A DNA stretch of 64,000 nucleotides, taken from Epithemia pelagica. Its lineage: Eukaryota > Protista > Bacillariophyta. Positions 43,158 through 56,844 of this stretch are shown piece by piece (position 1 is the first letter of the stretch; every line of letters starts with the position of its first letter). The position numbers were made by a program, and so were the translations under genes. Under the pieces are notes generated by a model. That model saw only the letters and a program-made list of their open reading frames with translations, ran no database searches and was not told the origin of the DNA. Location of the stretch: positions 1,302,001 through 1,366,000 of the forward strand of contig OX337234.1 in assembly GCA_946965045.2 (NCBI GenBank), read 5' to 3'.

Positions 43158-45377
43158 CTAGGACGATTCTTTCAAAAAGTCACGGTAGGTCAAAACCTTT
43201 CGGTTTCCATACCTTTTTGCTTTCTCGGATGCCTTATCCAGGCGAGGTTGAATGGGAAAGGTCGATCGAAATGTTTGCATCCGTGTCCTAGCCTGTTCCA
43301 AGAGATTGGGTGGTGTTTGTAGTTCGTTCCATCCGGCATCCGCGTCTCTTTGACACACAGGTTCAGCCTGAGGATCCAATGCGCGGGCCAGGAGCGTTTG
43401 ATTCCACGCCTTGATGAATGGATTTTGCGGCAACACGGGACAACGGCTGTCGTTGGACAAGGACAGACCACGAATCAAATCTTTGGCAATCTGTAGCTGT
43501 TGATCGCTGGAATCATCGCGGTCGGATTCCTTGGGCGGTGATGGTGGTGCTGGATCGAACGCATGAGTCGGGAGTTCCTTGATGTCACCGGCATAGGGAA
43601 GTTGTAAAAAGACAAGAGGATGAGAATTGGGACTGGGATCCACTTCCGTATTGTTGGTGGGAAACAAGCCTCCCAACACGGGTTCACCGTCCCGTTTCTT
43701 GTTAAACAAGACAATGGCAACCTTGTTGGATCGAGTGAGTGCACGAGCCAAGGAGGACAATGCTACAGTATTGCGGCTGAATCGTCCATCGACAGAAAAG
43801 ATACGATAGGGTGGTCCTTGTCGATACACGCGAGGAACTTGGGATTCCAGCATATATCCCAGTACTTGAATGGTTGGTTTGGCAAATCGTGGAATGGAAG
43901 AATCGGCCGCTTTCAAACCTTGTATATCAAAATCATTCATGGGAATCAGATCTGCTCCATAGCGTAGCGCCTTGGTCGTTTCCGTCAGCGGTATGACTGT
44001 GTGAGGATCTTCTGGGTCCACAAAGGCTGTGATCTTGGTTACTTCCTCCGTCATTTCTTCGCCCAAGGCGTTTTTACGAACTGTTGTTGGAGTACCTTCT
44101 TGACTATCCTTGTTATCGTCACCACGAGGGGGCTTTGCATCGTTTTCGTCGTTTTCGTCGTTCGCATCATCTTGGTCTTCTACGACTTGCACGGCCTCGA
44201 GTTGAAAGCTTTTGACTGCCATGGGACTGGCCCAGAGACTGTAACGGACATCGTGAAGGACCAAGGTGGGAGTCAGACGACACTCCACCTTGTAGGCAAC
44301 TCCGACCGACGGCAATCGTTGCCCCTTTTGTTGCTGCAAAATCTCTTGCATGGTATGGGCGGCCAACACAGTCCCACCTGTTTTTTCCGTCAAGCTCCGA
44401 AGCAATCGTTCTCGATCCTCCGGTGTCTCATACACCAATTCATCTGGATTTTTAGTAGTATCGTCGTTGTCGTCGTCATCGTCCTCTTGCTCTTCATTGC
44501 CAGTGTCATCACCGTCCGTGTCCTGATCGGATTCTGGTGTTGGTGCTTCTTTCTTTTGTTTTTTGGATGCGACTCCTTCCTCATCCTCTGGATCATGATT
44601 GGCGACGTCATCGTTGTCGTTTTGTTTGGAGGGGGACAAGGAGGTTGGTGCTACGGCAGGCAATCGGTATTCTACCGAGGGCGTACGAAAGTCCATACCC
44701 ACGACATAGAGACGGCAATCCATGGATCGTAAGGAATCAATGACTTGGAGCATTTGTGGAACATCCATGACAACATTGTAGCCACGAGCATCGGTCCACA
44801 AAACAATGGATCGTTCAAAGGCCAAATTTTTGGTTCGTTGGTGGAGGGCATCGGCGGCCAACAAAATGCCATCGGTAAAATCACCGCCAATGAAAGGCGA
44901 CGACGAATCGTCCGCTTCTTCTTCTTCTTCTCGCGGTTGCAACTCTTGAATGGCACGAAGTAAAGCGACGGTCGGTCGTCGGACTCCGGCTGGACAGTAT
45001 TCGGTCAAGTGAGGAAAGGGAATGTCGTTTGGTTCCTCCGTCTCATTGTCGTCGTCGTCCTCGTCCTCTTGCATTTTGTCCCTGCCATTGTTGTTGTTCT
45101 TGTCGTCGTCACTGTTGTCGGGTTGGTAGAGGTGATGGCAGGTATCCTGGGTTTGCAAGACAATGACGGAACATTCATTGGTTTTGGATTGCATCATCAA
45201 GTCTCCCATCATTTGCAAAACACCTTGCTTGGCACACTCAAATCGTGTCGTCGTGGTCGATCCAAAGGCATGACGTCCCATGGACGACGAACCATCCAAC
45301 ACGTATACCACGGCTTGTTTGGGCATGATTCTTACTGTTGTTGCTTCTTTGGGTTTCTCGTCTTGTTTCGTTTCCAC
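43158..45377 (-). CDS. KU80: Ku80 (NHEJ Ku heterodimer subunit)
   Basis: vWA start AVVYVLDGSSSMG; beta-barrel motifs ALRYGADLIP, VLGY..SQVPR, LSSLARAL, LPYAGDIK; arm LPQNPFIK. Acidic insertions present. Confidence 0.85.
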   Translation of the reverse strand: METKQDEKPKEATTVRIMPKQAVVYVLDGSSSMGRHAFGSTTTTRFECAKQGVLQMMGDLMMQSKTNECSVIVLQTQDTCHHLYQPDNSDDDKNNNNGRDKMQEDEDDDDNETEEPNDIPFPHLTEYCPAGVRRPTVALLRAIQELQPREEEEEADDSSSPFIGGDFTDGILLAADALHQRTKNLAFERSIVLWTDARGYNVVMDVPQMLQVIDSLRSMDCRLYVVGMDFRTPSVEYRLPAVAPTSLSPSKQNDNDDVANHDPEDEEGVASKKQKKEAPTPESDQDTDGDDTGNEEQEDDDDDNDDTTKNPDELVYETPEDRERLLRSLTEKTGGTVLAAHTMQEILQQQKGQRLPSVGVAYKVECRLTPTLVLHDVRYSLWASPMAVKSFQLEAVQVVEDQDDANDENDENDAKPPRGDDNKDSQEGTPTTVRKNALGEEMTEEVTKITAFVDPEDPHTVIPLTETTKALRYGADLIPMNDFDIQGLKAADSSIPRFAKPTIQVLGYMLESQVPRVYRQGPPYRIFSVDGRFSRNTVALSSLARALTRSNKVAIVLFNKKRDGEPVLGGLFPTNNTEVDPSPNSHPLVFLQLPYAGDIKELPTHAFDPAPPSPPKESDRDDSSDQQLQIAKDLIRGLSLSNDSRCPVLPQNPFIKAWNQTLLARALDPQAEPVCQRDADAGWNELQTPPNLLEQARTRMQTFRSTFPIQPRLDKASEKAKRYGNRKVLTYRDFLKESS

Positions 45378-47079
45378 AGCAACAATGAGACGGTGCGTTG
45401 TGGCGCAAGGATTGCACAGGAAATCTGGAAGTTCGTTCCGACGTCGAAAGGAGGATATGGATTATCGCGTTTGAGTCGCTTATAAGTGAGAGGTCTGTCA
45501 GCCGTGCGAATCTTTCTGCCGCGAAATACAAACCATGAGAAGGGCAATGGAAATAATAGTTCTATTCTGTCCTTGACATTCCTGAAAACCGATCCATACC
45601 CCAAATGACAAGCTTTGTTGTTGTCATGGCAGGATCTATTGCAGCAAAGAATGTTTTGCATTCGGAAATCAGAGCATTCTACTACAAAAAATAGACTACC
45701 TGGAAACCGGAAACTCTCCCCACAATACCATCTTCTCTGTTCAAGAGACCACTCGTTATCCAACGATACTTTGCATTGTCAATGTTTCGTTCGGCGGCTC
45801 TCGAATGCAAAATGTATGAGCACGGCACCAAGATTGTGGTGAAGGATGGAATTGGAAAAATTGGTACTTCCAGTTTGGGGGACTGTTGGGGGAGAACCCT
45901 TCCCGCGTTGGTCGGAGAAGCCGTTGGTGTGGACAACTGGAAGGGCCTTCTCAGGAGCGACTGGCGCGCGAAGTCCGTTTTGTCAGCATTGGGAGTCCAA
46001 TACAATTCCCAACGCATCTCCACCGCCGCTCCCTATCAAAAATCGGATTCCAATAGGGAGCGTTAATCGAGCCGTTTGAAAGGCCTAAGTAGTGCAGTTT
46101 GAGATTGTACCTTACAACCTTTTTTTCGAAGGGCGTCGGGGAATTTTGATTTCGCGCTGTTCGCATTCAAGATGCCTCGATTTTGTATTCAAAAATACAA
46201 AGATACTCCAAGATTCTATTAGATTTTAGATTCGACCGTTGGGCTTTGGCCTGCGCGCTGGAATGCCAACTACTACCACGTGAAAGTAGAGGACATGCGA
46301 ACTTCGTTAATCCGTGTCTTGCAATTGGTAGTGTACTCGTACGAGTACGAGTATGGAAGATGTTGTATTCGGATTTCGGATCCATTCAAACCGTACTCGT
46401 AGAGTGGATTGTTCAAACCCAGACTGAGCTACAATGCTATAGTAGTGTAGAGCGCATGTCGAACTTTCGCGAATTGTTTAAATATTTGTGCGCAAACATG
46501 TGTAAGTCTCTCGATCGCCGGCCGTGCGGCGCAATCTCTCCCTCCGCCCTCACACACTTTGTAGTTCCACCGGATTGCTTCGTGTAAGGGGGACCTCGAG
46601 TCTTTTCTTGAGCACACATTTTCTGGGGAGACGATCCGAACAAAACCAGTTCCAACAACCACCAGGGACAATCCTCATCATCATCATCTCTCTGGAATCC
46701 AACCATTCAACAGAAGCAAGCAAACAGCCGGTCTTGTCCAAGGTCGATGGCCGATTGTGGTGTTTCTTGGTTTGTGTGTGTCTTCCTTCCTTCACTCGGG
46801 CAGAATTTCCAAACCTAAAAATTGGGGACCGCTGTCAATCTTGTTTTGCCAGTTCCATTTTTGTCCATCCCAGCACCTCTTCTTTTGCCTGGAAAGAGAC
46901 GGGCAACGCATCGACGACGTGTCCCGAACCAAGACATTGCAAGCCACCAAGATATCACTACGTGAAACAACGGTTGGTGCAGTTGGACTTTCTTCCCAAG
47001 AAAACCACCCTTGCGCCAAACGATTTCCTAACCTCCTGAATAGTGGGTTCCACCAAGCTTGTACACCCGAACAATACCA

Positions 47080-49886
47080 TGTCGTGCCACACTCCTACCG
47101 CCGTGCCGTGTCCTCCTCCTTCCTGCTCTCGCACTTCTCCTCCGGCGGCTCCCCGTAGTATGACGGCACCCTCCACCGTTCAATCCTCTCGGACGCGGTC
47201 GTCGTCGTCGTCCCATTCCTCGCAGCGACACCAACCACATTCGTGTCTGCGGTCGTGTTCGGCCACGACGCCACACACGTCCGTCGTGGTGGCGGAACAA
47301 CCACAACACGAGATTCTGCCTCGTCCCTTGCCACGGGCCAAGAGCGCGCTTCCCCTTCAGCACGGAAGAGGAAGAGGAGGATTATCCTATCCATCCAAAC
47401 AACCACAACCCCACACTGTGTCGATGCGACGCAGTCAAAGTAGCAGTCAGGCCGCCGCCTTAAGGTGTCCACCGCGGTGTGGTGGAGGCAAATCCTCATC
47501 ATTGGTCCATTCCTTGTGGACCCCCCTTTGGAGTTGTGTCAAGCCGGGTCGGGCCGGTCCTCCGGTCTTGGAACAACCAGACGCTTCCTTGGGTGCCGCC
47601 TCGACCTTGACCTCCCTGCCCACAACACTCGAACCGGACGCCGTGGTGAGTTCGACTCCTCCTCCTCCGCACCGTGTCGAACGAGACGAGGAGGTGGAGG
47701 TGGAGGAGGAGGAAGAAGAAGAAGAGGACGACTTGGCCCTGGTGTGTAGCACGTCGGGTGGTCGGGGAGGGTCTCCCTACGTCACGCCATGCAGTACGAC
47801 AACTAGTACGAATCATGCATCCTCGACGGGACACCACCCCGTGATTCTGCACGATCTTCGTCCGCCCGGACGACACGCACCCTTTCAATTTGCCACCAGC
47901 CATGCGCCTCCGCACTATTATGGAATGCCACCGCAGTACGCCTCGGTGGTTCCCCAACCCTTTGTCTTGACCAATTTGTCCTCCTCCTTTGATGGGTCCG
48001 ACACCTCGGGGTCTTCCTCGTCTTCCTCCTCGTCCGCGGCGGCCAATCGGTATCCACCCCTTCCCATTTGGCAACCCAATTCCAATGATGTTCTCTGCGG
48101 CCGTGGCGGAGGCAGTGGCAATCCTCATTTGGGCAATGCCCGCTTTCGACAATTGATTGCCTCGCAACAAGACTATTATCATTCGCTCACGACCAAGAAA
48201 CAAAAACTCGCCTTGGCCCGCCTCATGGTGGACTTGATTCGGGGTGTGGGGGGACGCTTCTTGGCGCGGGGCGATCATCCCTCGGCCATTGCCGCGGGCA
48301 TGACCTCGGCGTCTCCCTATTCCGGTGGCACCACGGGATGGTACGACATTGGCATGGCACGAAGCATCGAAAAAACCTCTCAAGCCTTTCGTGAAACGGC
48401 GGCCACCAAGCCGGCCAAGGCGCCCAATGGAGATGGCAAGGTTAACAGTAAACTGCCCAAGACAACTCCTGCGTCAACCACGAGGGCCACCGCCACCACC
48501 ACTACCAACGCACCTTCCCTCATGGATGCCATGGCTCTCACGGAAAGCAGCGGGAGTAGCTCCACGGAAGAACCGTCTCTCTCGACCAACAGTTCCACCC
48601 TGTCGGAACAAGACGACGGGGAGGAGATTCCCGGCCTGGACGTTTCGGCCTCCACCGTAACGGCAAGCACCAGTGCCAGCCACAGTTGTGCCATGTCCAC
48701 CTTCTCCACCACCTGTTCGGAAGTGACGACCAAAATGCACAATCGAAACACTGGCTCCACCGTCGCCTTTCACAATAACTATACCAACAAACCCTATGCC
48801 AAAATGCTTTCTCAGTTGCGCAAACTCCCCTCCGACTTGCTCCAGTTGTATGGACCGGCCGTGAAACAATTAATGGACGACCCTCCTGGTCCTTCACCCA
48901 GGCAACAACAACCGCAACATGCCATGGCACAGCCCTTTGTTCGGCCAGCACCGCCCATGCCCACGCACGACTTTTACTACCGAGGAGGAGGCGACCCGCA
49001 CCGATCGAGGACCATGACGACGGCCCCTCATCCCATGCAACGAAACAATTCCACGCCGACACCTGTTCCGCCAGCCTTGGCGTCTCCGGCTCCCCTGGTG
49101 CGACCGGCGTCGTCCTTGATTCCCAATCACCCGTCCTTGGTTCCGCCGACCTCGCAGAAACCACAAAACCAACCATTGGGCATGGCCTACCCCATGCCAA
49201 CCAAGAATACTCAACGAACATCGCCTCATCCACTCCAACAAGAAAAGTCACCATGGGGTTTCATGAACAAGTCAAGCTCCAGCAGCAAGACAAGCAGGCC
49301 CAGTGCAACATCCCCCAAATCTTCCATACATGATTCAACACCATCCATCAGTCCGACGAGGCAACAAGTTTGGAAGCGACCTCGAACGCACGGTGATGCA
49401 ACAGCAGATGGTTCAGCCACCAAGGGTGAACCCGTGGCAAATTTGATTCCGGCGGCACTGTCACAAACGGACGAAAGTAGCAACAGTAGTGACTCTGCCT
49501 ACACGGACGATCCCTACGACTACACCTACAAGTACAGCAATGACTTTCCGGCAGCTCCCACCTTTTCGTCCTTAACATCGGCATCCTTTGGTCCCAACAG
49601 CAATAACAACAACAACAGTCATTTGGAATCCAAACTTTCTCTTCCCGATCGAGTCATTCGAGCCCCCAGTAGCGGTTCTTCCCATTCGAGCAACAGCAGT
49701 ACGAGTACTCCCACCTTGCTGCCGCCCAATCGCGTCGTGGGACGACAACCGCACTGCCGATCACCCAGCAAGAGCCCGCATAGAACGGGCAGTTCGGTGG
49801 AGTATCGCGAAGAGGACAGTGGGGCAGGAGAGATGGCTGCCCTATCCACGACCGAATTCTTGCAACTCGATAAAGTCGTGGAATGA
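47080..49886 (+). CDS. Low-complexity protein with a DUF6824-like diatom domain
   Basis: PNSNDVLCGRGG..GNARFRQLI..Y..K.....VDLIRGVGGRFL..WYDIG..EKTSQAFRE, embedded in S/P/T-rich sequence. Confidence 0.8.
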
Positions 49887-51378
49887 ATGGAAGATGACGG
49901 ATCCATCCGTGTGGCCTTTTGATCCTTGATTGTCTTGGGATTGATATTGGATACATCTTTCACGACATCTGCATGTGAATTGGTGCAAGCTTTTCCAGAT
50001 GATATGCTTCTCCTTTGAATCACTAGGCATTGTACAGTCCGCATTTAACAAAGACGAGAACGTCACTCCCACGCAAAAATGGAAAGTGGTGGTGATGGCG
50101 TTTCTTTTTGTCTTGCAACAAAAACATAAGAACAAGAAAAGTTTAGTCTCCTTAGTTATAGATCAACATCCATCCTACTCTCTAGTTTACACGGGGGTTT
50201 CTTGGTTACGAAGCGTACGGATAAGGAGGCCTCTTTTCTTGACTCCTCTCCTTCCAAACTCTCACTGATGTGCATGGTTCAACTACAACGTGGAGCATCA
50301 CAAAGTCGGTGCGCTCAAGTGAGGTCTTCATAAAGGCATTACTGCTGACAAAACATTGGTCTGCCCGGAAAAATGGAATTATCCAGTTACTTTTCACTAC
50401 GGGACTCGCAATCAACACTGGAAGACCGCCATGGTCATTGCGAAAGAAAATGTGAGGGAATTCACCGTAAAATTTGAAATCTAAGATCAAATCCTTAACC
50501 CTATACGGCCCCTTCAAGCATTTCGAAGAGCATGCACGAGGACGGCGCGCGCCGGCGAGGAAGACGAGACATGATCCAAACGCCACCGCCGAGCTAAGTA
50601 CAAAAGATCTTTAAGTATAACGAGAGGCAGACCGCAGAACACAGGAAGAATTGGAAGATGGGAGGAGATTCATCATGCAGTTGCAGGTTGCAAGTCTTGC
50701 CAGTTGCCACATGTGGATTGCGGATGAAGTTCCAAGCAACATGATGTCTTCTTTTTGGTCTCTCGGAAGATGGAGGAGATGAAAGTTGCTAGGAGCACGT
50801 AGAAACCAATCTTATAGCACGGGAATGTTGTTGCAGAAGATGACTGATGGTATGTTCGACAACACTGTCTCCTCGGACGATGAACATGGGGACCTTTTGA
50901 TCTCGGTTGGAACCATATCCTCGCTTAGAAGGTGAAGGTTGTCGATTCGAGGCGCGTACGACTAACCACTGGAGGTGCATACCGTTGCTCGAGTTTGCAT
51001 GCCTTGCGCACAATCGCACCTCTCGTCGCGACTCCGAGAACACTGTTTCTACCTCGGATAAGAACCATGTCACAGAATGAACCAAGGAAAGAAGACCATT
51101 AGACGTGGCATAAACCGATCACCATTCTTCTCTCGAAACGGGCCCTCATGAACCATCCATCAACACAAGTTGTCGCTTCGAGCAGTCTTCATTATTCTCG
51201 AGCTTTCATTTTTGAAAAGACAGAGTGTGCACAACATTTCAAGCGAACAACGAGTACAGATCATTGACAACAGAGAGAACTGGGAGTCCATCACTTTGCA
51301 TTGGTACGGTAAACGGGACATCAACGTAAAGACTTGTGGTTTCTCGTGGTTTTCGCAGGACAAGAGGACCTAGCAGTC

Positions 51379-54300
51379 ATGAGTTGGGCCAAAGGAATAC
51401 TCGAAACGGTCGTGTTCCTTTCCCTTGCATCGACATCATGGGCATCCCAGCTGTTCGACGCCTCACGAGCCGTGAACTTGCGCGCTACCCTGGCTCGTCT
51501 CAATCGTATGCAAAACGACTCGTCGATCATGATCAACGCGGACGGCGGTTCCAGTGAGAACAATGGCGCAACGTTTCGGTCGTATTTTGAGATTGGTTCC
51601 AATGAAACGATTGCAGAGCAGTCCCATAGATTCCTTCATTCTCGAGAGAGCCCCTACTTTCAACCCCTGGATTGTGGCGTTCCCGACTGTTCTGTCAACA
51701 CAACATGGACTAAACAGCGCTACGATGGTAGCGATGGCACAGTGGTGATTCCATGTGGCCATTGTGTATGGATGGACCACGATCAAGACGAAACGCTTGT
51801 TTTACCCCATGGCATTGATGTTCAAGGACATTTGTATTTTCCTGATGGATACAGCTTGACGATCGAAACTCCTTTCGTTTTAGTTCAAGGCTTGTTGGAG
51901 ATGAATTCAACTGGACAAGTCACAGATGAACCTCTTATCAAGTTTGTCATTGCCGCCACGCGGCAAAATGTCGGCTTTTTCCCTGCTTACAACAACAAGT
52001 TTGTATGTCCTACCAGCACTGGTCGCGCCGGAAAATGTGACATGGGTTTTCGGTCTGTGGTCGTTGCGGGAGGGACATTTCGTGCACGTGGTCTACCCAC
52101 TGGATGTACCACTTGGACATACTTGGACGACGTTGTGCCCGTGTCAGGAGCCTCCATCCCAAATCATATCACCCTCACCAGGTTGCCCGAGCTCGATTCC
52201 GACCACCCAAATCGTTTGTGCCGATCTTACGATCCCTACATTGACGAGTCCTTCGAAACCGACGTTGGGAAATGGACTGGTGGATATGGTGCTCTTTTCC
52301 GTAATGCCAATGGAGCATTTGTAACAACGAATCGAAAATCTGCGCAGGAGCATGGTCCTACTTTTGACTTGGTCTCCTTTCAAGAGTGCATGGTTCCGGG
52401 TCAAAAGTATTTGTTCAGCGCGAGAGTCCGCATTGATGACCCTTTGGAAGCCCGCGGTGAACCAACTCCATGCAACGCGGCGGGTTGTCTTGGTCTCGTC
52501 TTTTCGACACGGTTCGCCAACGGGACGATAGTCTCCCATAGCCAACAACAGCCGTATGCAAACACAGAGTACCGGAACAGTGTCTGGGATAACTTCTACG
52601 CCACCGTGGAACTCACCGAAGATGAACTGAGCTCCCAAAACACGTTTCATATCTTGCAACTGGTTGGAGCTGAAGAGCGCTACGACATTTTTCTGGACGA
52701 TGTATCATTTGGTCTTCCCGATCCATCGCTTGTTCCCGATCCAAACGATATTTGTGGGTCCAACATGGTTATGAATGGAGATGCCGAGGGACACAGTATT
52801 CATCCTTATCCTATGGAGGCTATCGGAAATGGCCAGCTAACTATCCGTACGTTTCCCGCCACTGGAAACCGGGTGTTCCTGGTGAGCCAGCGAAGCCGCG
52901 ACACGGACTCTCTTGTTTATCTGATGGATGCACCAAACTGTATCACAACATTGACGCGCTACCGAATTTCCGCCCAAGTCTATGCTGAGTCTCCAAGTGT
53001 ATCGGTCGAAATTGTGATCAAATACAGTATTACGCTTCTAAGTGGCGAGACACGTACCGAGACTGCTGCGGAGTGCCCATCCTCTCAAGAAGAGTGGATG
53101 GATTGTAGCTCCACCTTTTCGATTCCAAACGATATTAAATATGAGCGAATCCAGTCCATCCAATTCTGGTTTGAAACAAGAAATGCTCCGACGGTAGACT
53201 TTATGGTTGATGATTTCTCGCTCTTTGTGGACAAGGCTGCAAAGTCCGGTATTCTGGTTCCCAGATCAGGTGTGAGAAATTGTTGGAACGAGGGTGCCGA
53301 AATCCTAATCACTTCGCATACGTCCAACACTGCCGATTCGCAAGTGCGTCGTATGGTGCACAATCCTATCTCGGTCGGGAATGGACTAGTTCGATTGGAA
53401 CTCGACGACGACATCACCATGCCAGTGACGGCGCAGCAAGATGCACGATTCCCTGTTGAAGTGGCATTGCTGAGCCGAAACATTCGCTTTCAGGCAAGAG
53501 AAGACGCACGGTTCCCTCTTCTTGGAGGGCATTTTATTGTTCTTCGCACACCTCTGGTGGATCAACATATTGAGGGGATCGAATTCATTAACTTTGGTCA
53601 ACAAGGTAAGCTCACAACGTACAATGTACTTTTCGGATCGCTTGTCGAATCAATCACCAACTTATGCTTCGTTTGTTACAGGTAATCTTGGACGATATCC
53701 GATTCATCTTCATTTGTGTAAGAATGCGAACTCTTTGATAACGAAGAATACCGTTCGTGAGTCCAATCAACGATGCATTGTCATCCATGGAAGCCACAAC
53801 ACAACCATTGAGGAAAACATTGCGTTCAACACGTCTGGCCACTGCTTTTTAACGGAGGATGGAGGAGAACTGGACAACCGTTTCATTCGTAACCTTGGAA
53901 GCAATACGAGACGCGCCAGTTTGATTGTACGCGAGGGCGAATCAGATGCCAACAACCCATCCACATTCTGGAGTGCAAACCCGAAGAACGAGTGGATTGG
54001 GAATGTCGCTGCCGGTAGCGACGCCAACGGGTTCTGGCTGGAACTGCTTGATTCAGTGAAGATGCCAACCGCGATGATGGAAACCTCGTTCGACATGAAT
54101 CCAAGGAGACTTCCACTGACAAGTTTTGTGGACAATGTTGCCCATAGCAACTTTCGACATGGACTCAGTAAGTGCTATATTTATCGATTTGATCACACGC
54201 TGCCTGGTGTTCGTGCGTCCTTACATTGATTTTTGTTTCAGAAATGTATCCTCATGGTCTTCTGCCCAGTGAAACAGCAGTATTTGAAAATTTCAAATCA

Positions 54301-56844
54301 TACAAGAATCGACGTGACGGCTTTTTCTTTCGAAACATGGAAAACGCGGTTGTTCAGGGTGGGATACTGGCTGATAACCGCTATCAAGCAGACTTTGACT
54401 TTTCTGATACTATGTTGATGAGAGGAACTCAAGTTATTGGTATCACTCCTCGGTTCAAAGAGATAATGGAAGAAAAAGGGGGTTCCGCCTATCATCAAGA
54501 CAGAGTGGTGGGCCTCGAATTGCATTCTTTTGCTCGTGACCCTTCCAAGAAAGGACTCACAATTAGAAATATTGTGTTTGATGGGTTCGATGGGACGAAC
54601 ACTACGCATACTGCACTAGTCGAGATTGATGGCGACAGCGACGATCCATGGACTGGAAACTTCAACTACTGGACTACTTTTGAGGGTGTCAAGATCAGGA
54701 ACAGTGACGTTGACTTTTATTTTGATTTTCTGGAAGCCATGGAGAAGTCCTATAAAGGAGTGTACCTCGTCGATGTTGATAGCAGCATGAGACCCCCGTC
54801 CAGCGACGCAACTGGAATTTCGACCATAATTGCCGATTCTGATGAAATAACGACGTTCGTGGATCCTGAACTCTGTACACGGGTTAGAAATCGTGGATAT
54901 CAGTACTGCCGAGATACATGCCTCCAATCTTACACCTATGGTGTAGACCCCGGGCAGGTGGAGAACCTTCGTCTCCGTGTTCGCACCATCCCTGCGAAAA
55001 ATGATTTCTTTGTGGAAGGATCACAGGACGTCCTGGTTAATGAGAATATGGATCGACACATCCGAGCGAAAACTGATCTAGCATATCTCAGATACTTCAC
55101 GGTTGCGGTGCCACCAGGAGATTACAGAGCAATGTTTGTCCACAATATCACGGATGAGAGGTTCTGGCCAACATTTGTGGAGAAATGGATCGAGCCGTCG
55201 TTCTGTGGTGGCTCGGTGGACGACTACGACGTCAAGTTGAACGAACCCGGAGTGGAAGCTGGAGATTGTGTTCAACTCATTCGAAATGGAGATATCGAAC
55301 AGTCAGCTGTGTCAGCACCTTACTGGCTTCATCACAATACCTTGTTGGAAGTGGCGAATAGACAAGGAAGGCGTGGATCAAGGGCTCTGACTGAGATCGA
55401 CCAGAAAAGCCCTGTTGCATATGTCGGCCAGTACGTTGATGTACGATGTTTGAACAAAGGCGACACATATTTTATTCAAGTCTGGGTCTACATGGAGTTA
55501 GATGGATTTCCCGGCTCATGCGACGAAACTCGGTCAGATGATTGCCCACGATTGGAGGTTGGAGGGGTGATGGGCCCTGGTGAACGAGGAGTCACATCTT
55601 TTGCTGATTTCAGTTTCACGGTTTCTAGAGCGTTTGCCAAACCGCTTAACGATGATGGATGGAACCTTCTTCAGGGACTCATCACTGTTGGCCAAGATCT
55701 TGCCGCCGCAACACGAGCCGTGGTCTATGTTGAACGCCGAAGGGCAGGTGTTAAGTTGTTCCTGGACGATGTTTCCATGACTCATGTAAACAAGGAGTGT
55801 TCAGAGCTTGTGTTTAATGGAGATTTTTCGGATGGTTCAACGAGTTTTTGGGACCGAGACGAAGGTACCCTTGATGTTGTCGTATCGAATCGAAACCATG
55901 CTCTTCAACACTCTGGACGAATAAACGCCGTCTCGTCTATCACTCAACGGATCCAGACTGGATGTATGAAAGAAGGAGAACGCTTTGTAGTCACCGCAAA
56001 AACTAAGGTCCTCAGCCCAGATGGTGGTCCGTTTCATTGCAACCCATCCAGAGTGTTTGGTGACATGGCCTGTCCTCGTTTGAGGATTCGTACCGAGTCC
56101 ATGGTTGCAGCCAACAACAGTGTTTCTAGTTCGGGAGGATACATCGCAGCCAGGACGGATCATGGTGTTACATCAGACAACTGGATGACAATTTCGGGAG
56201 TATTCTCAGCTACGAAAACTGACGAACTTGCCGAACAAAACGTACTCGATATCGATGGGCCACCCGAGGGCGTAATTGTGATTGTAGACGATGTCTCGAT
56301 TTCCCCGCTCCCGCTTAACTGCGACGAACTGATTCTAAACGGCGATGCTGAATGGGGGGGCACGGCTCGATTTTGGCGGATCTCTTCCCAGAGAGAGGCC
56401 CCGGAGATAAAAGTCATCTCTGAGAATTCCGGAAACCGTGCTTTCCGCTTGACAGAGCGGGAAACCTCTAACGACGGCATTGCACAAAGCATTGATGACC
56501 GATGTATGGAATTGGGATCTAAATGGAAAGTTGAAGCAGAAATGAAACTTCGCTCGCGCTCCGATGGAAGTTTTGGTGCCTGCAAGCCTGGACGACAGAC
56601 TGGCGCTGACAATGCGTGTCCTTCAGTGCACTTGTTTGCGTTAAAAGATGGCGTTCGCGTGGATGAACACAGGACAATGACAAACAAGCAGATGACATGG
56701 GTCAAGAATGCATTCAATAAATACGAGAGTATTGTGGAGGTAACTCAAGAATTACAAAATGGCCATGACTTCCACATTGGGTTCCAGAGCTTTGACGTGG
56801 ATTGGGATCTTATTCTTGACAACGTGTCGGTCACGCCGTTCTAG
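51379..56844 (+). CDS. Secreted G8-domain / TMEM2-CEMIP-fibrocystin-like protein with multiple CBM4/9-like modules; exons 51379-53605, 53682-54167, 54242-56844
   Basis: Signal-peptide-like N-terminus; G8-like VVIPCG..LVLPHGIDVQGHL; VALLSRNIRF; GQQG|NLGRYPIHLH; SNQRCIVIHGSHN; GHCFLTEDG. Repeated NGDxE...DDVS modules. Both GT-AG introns keep the frame. Confidence 0.88.

Noticed and set aside
47499-49254. Long antisense ORFs (294, 238 aa and others) opposite the DUF6824-like gene
   Set aside because: Expected shadows of GC-rich low-complexity coding sequence.
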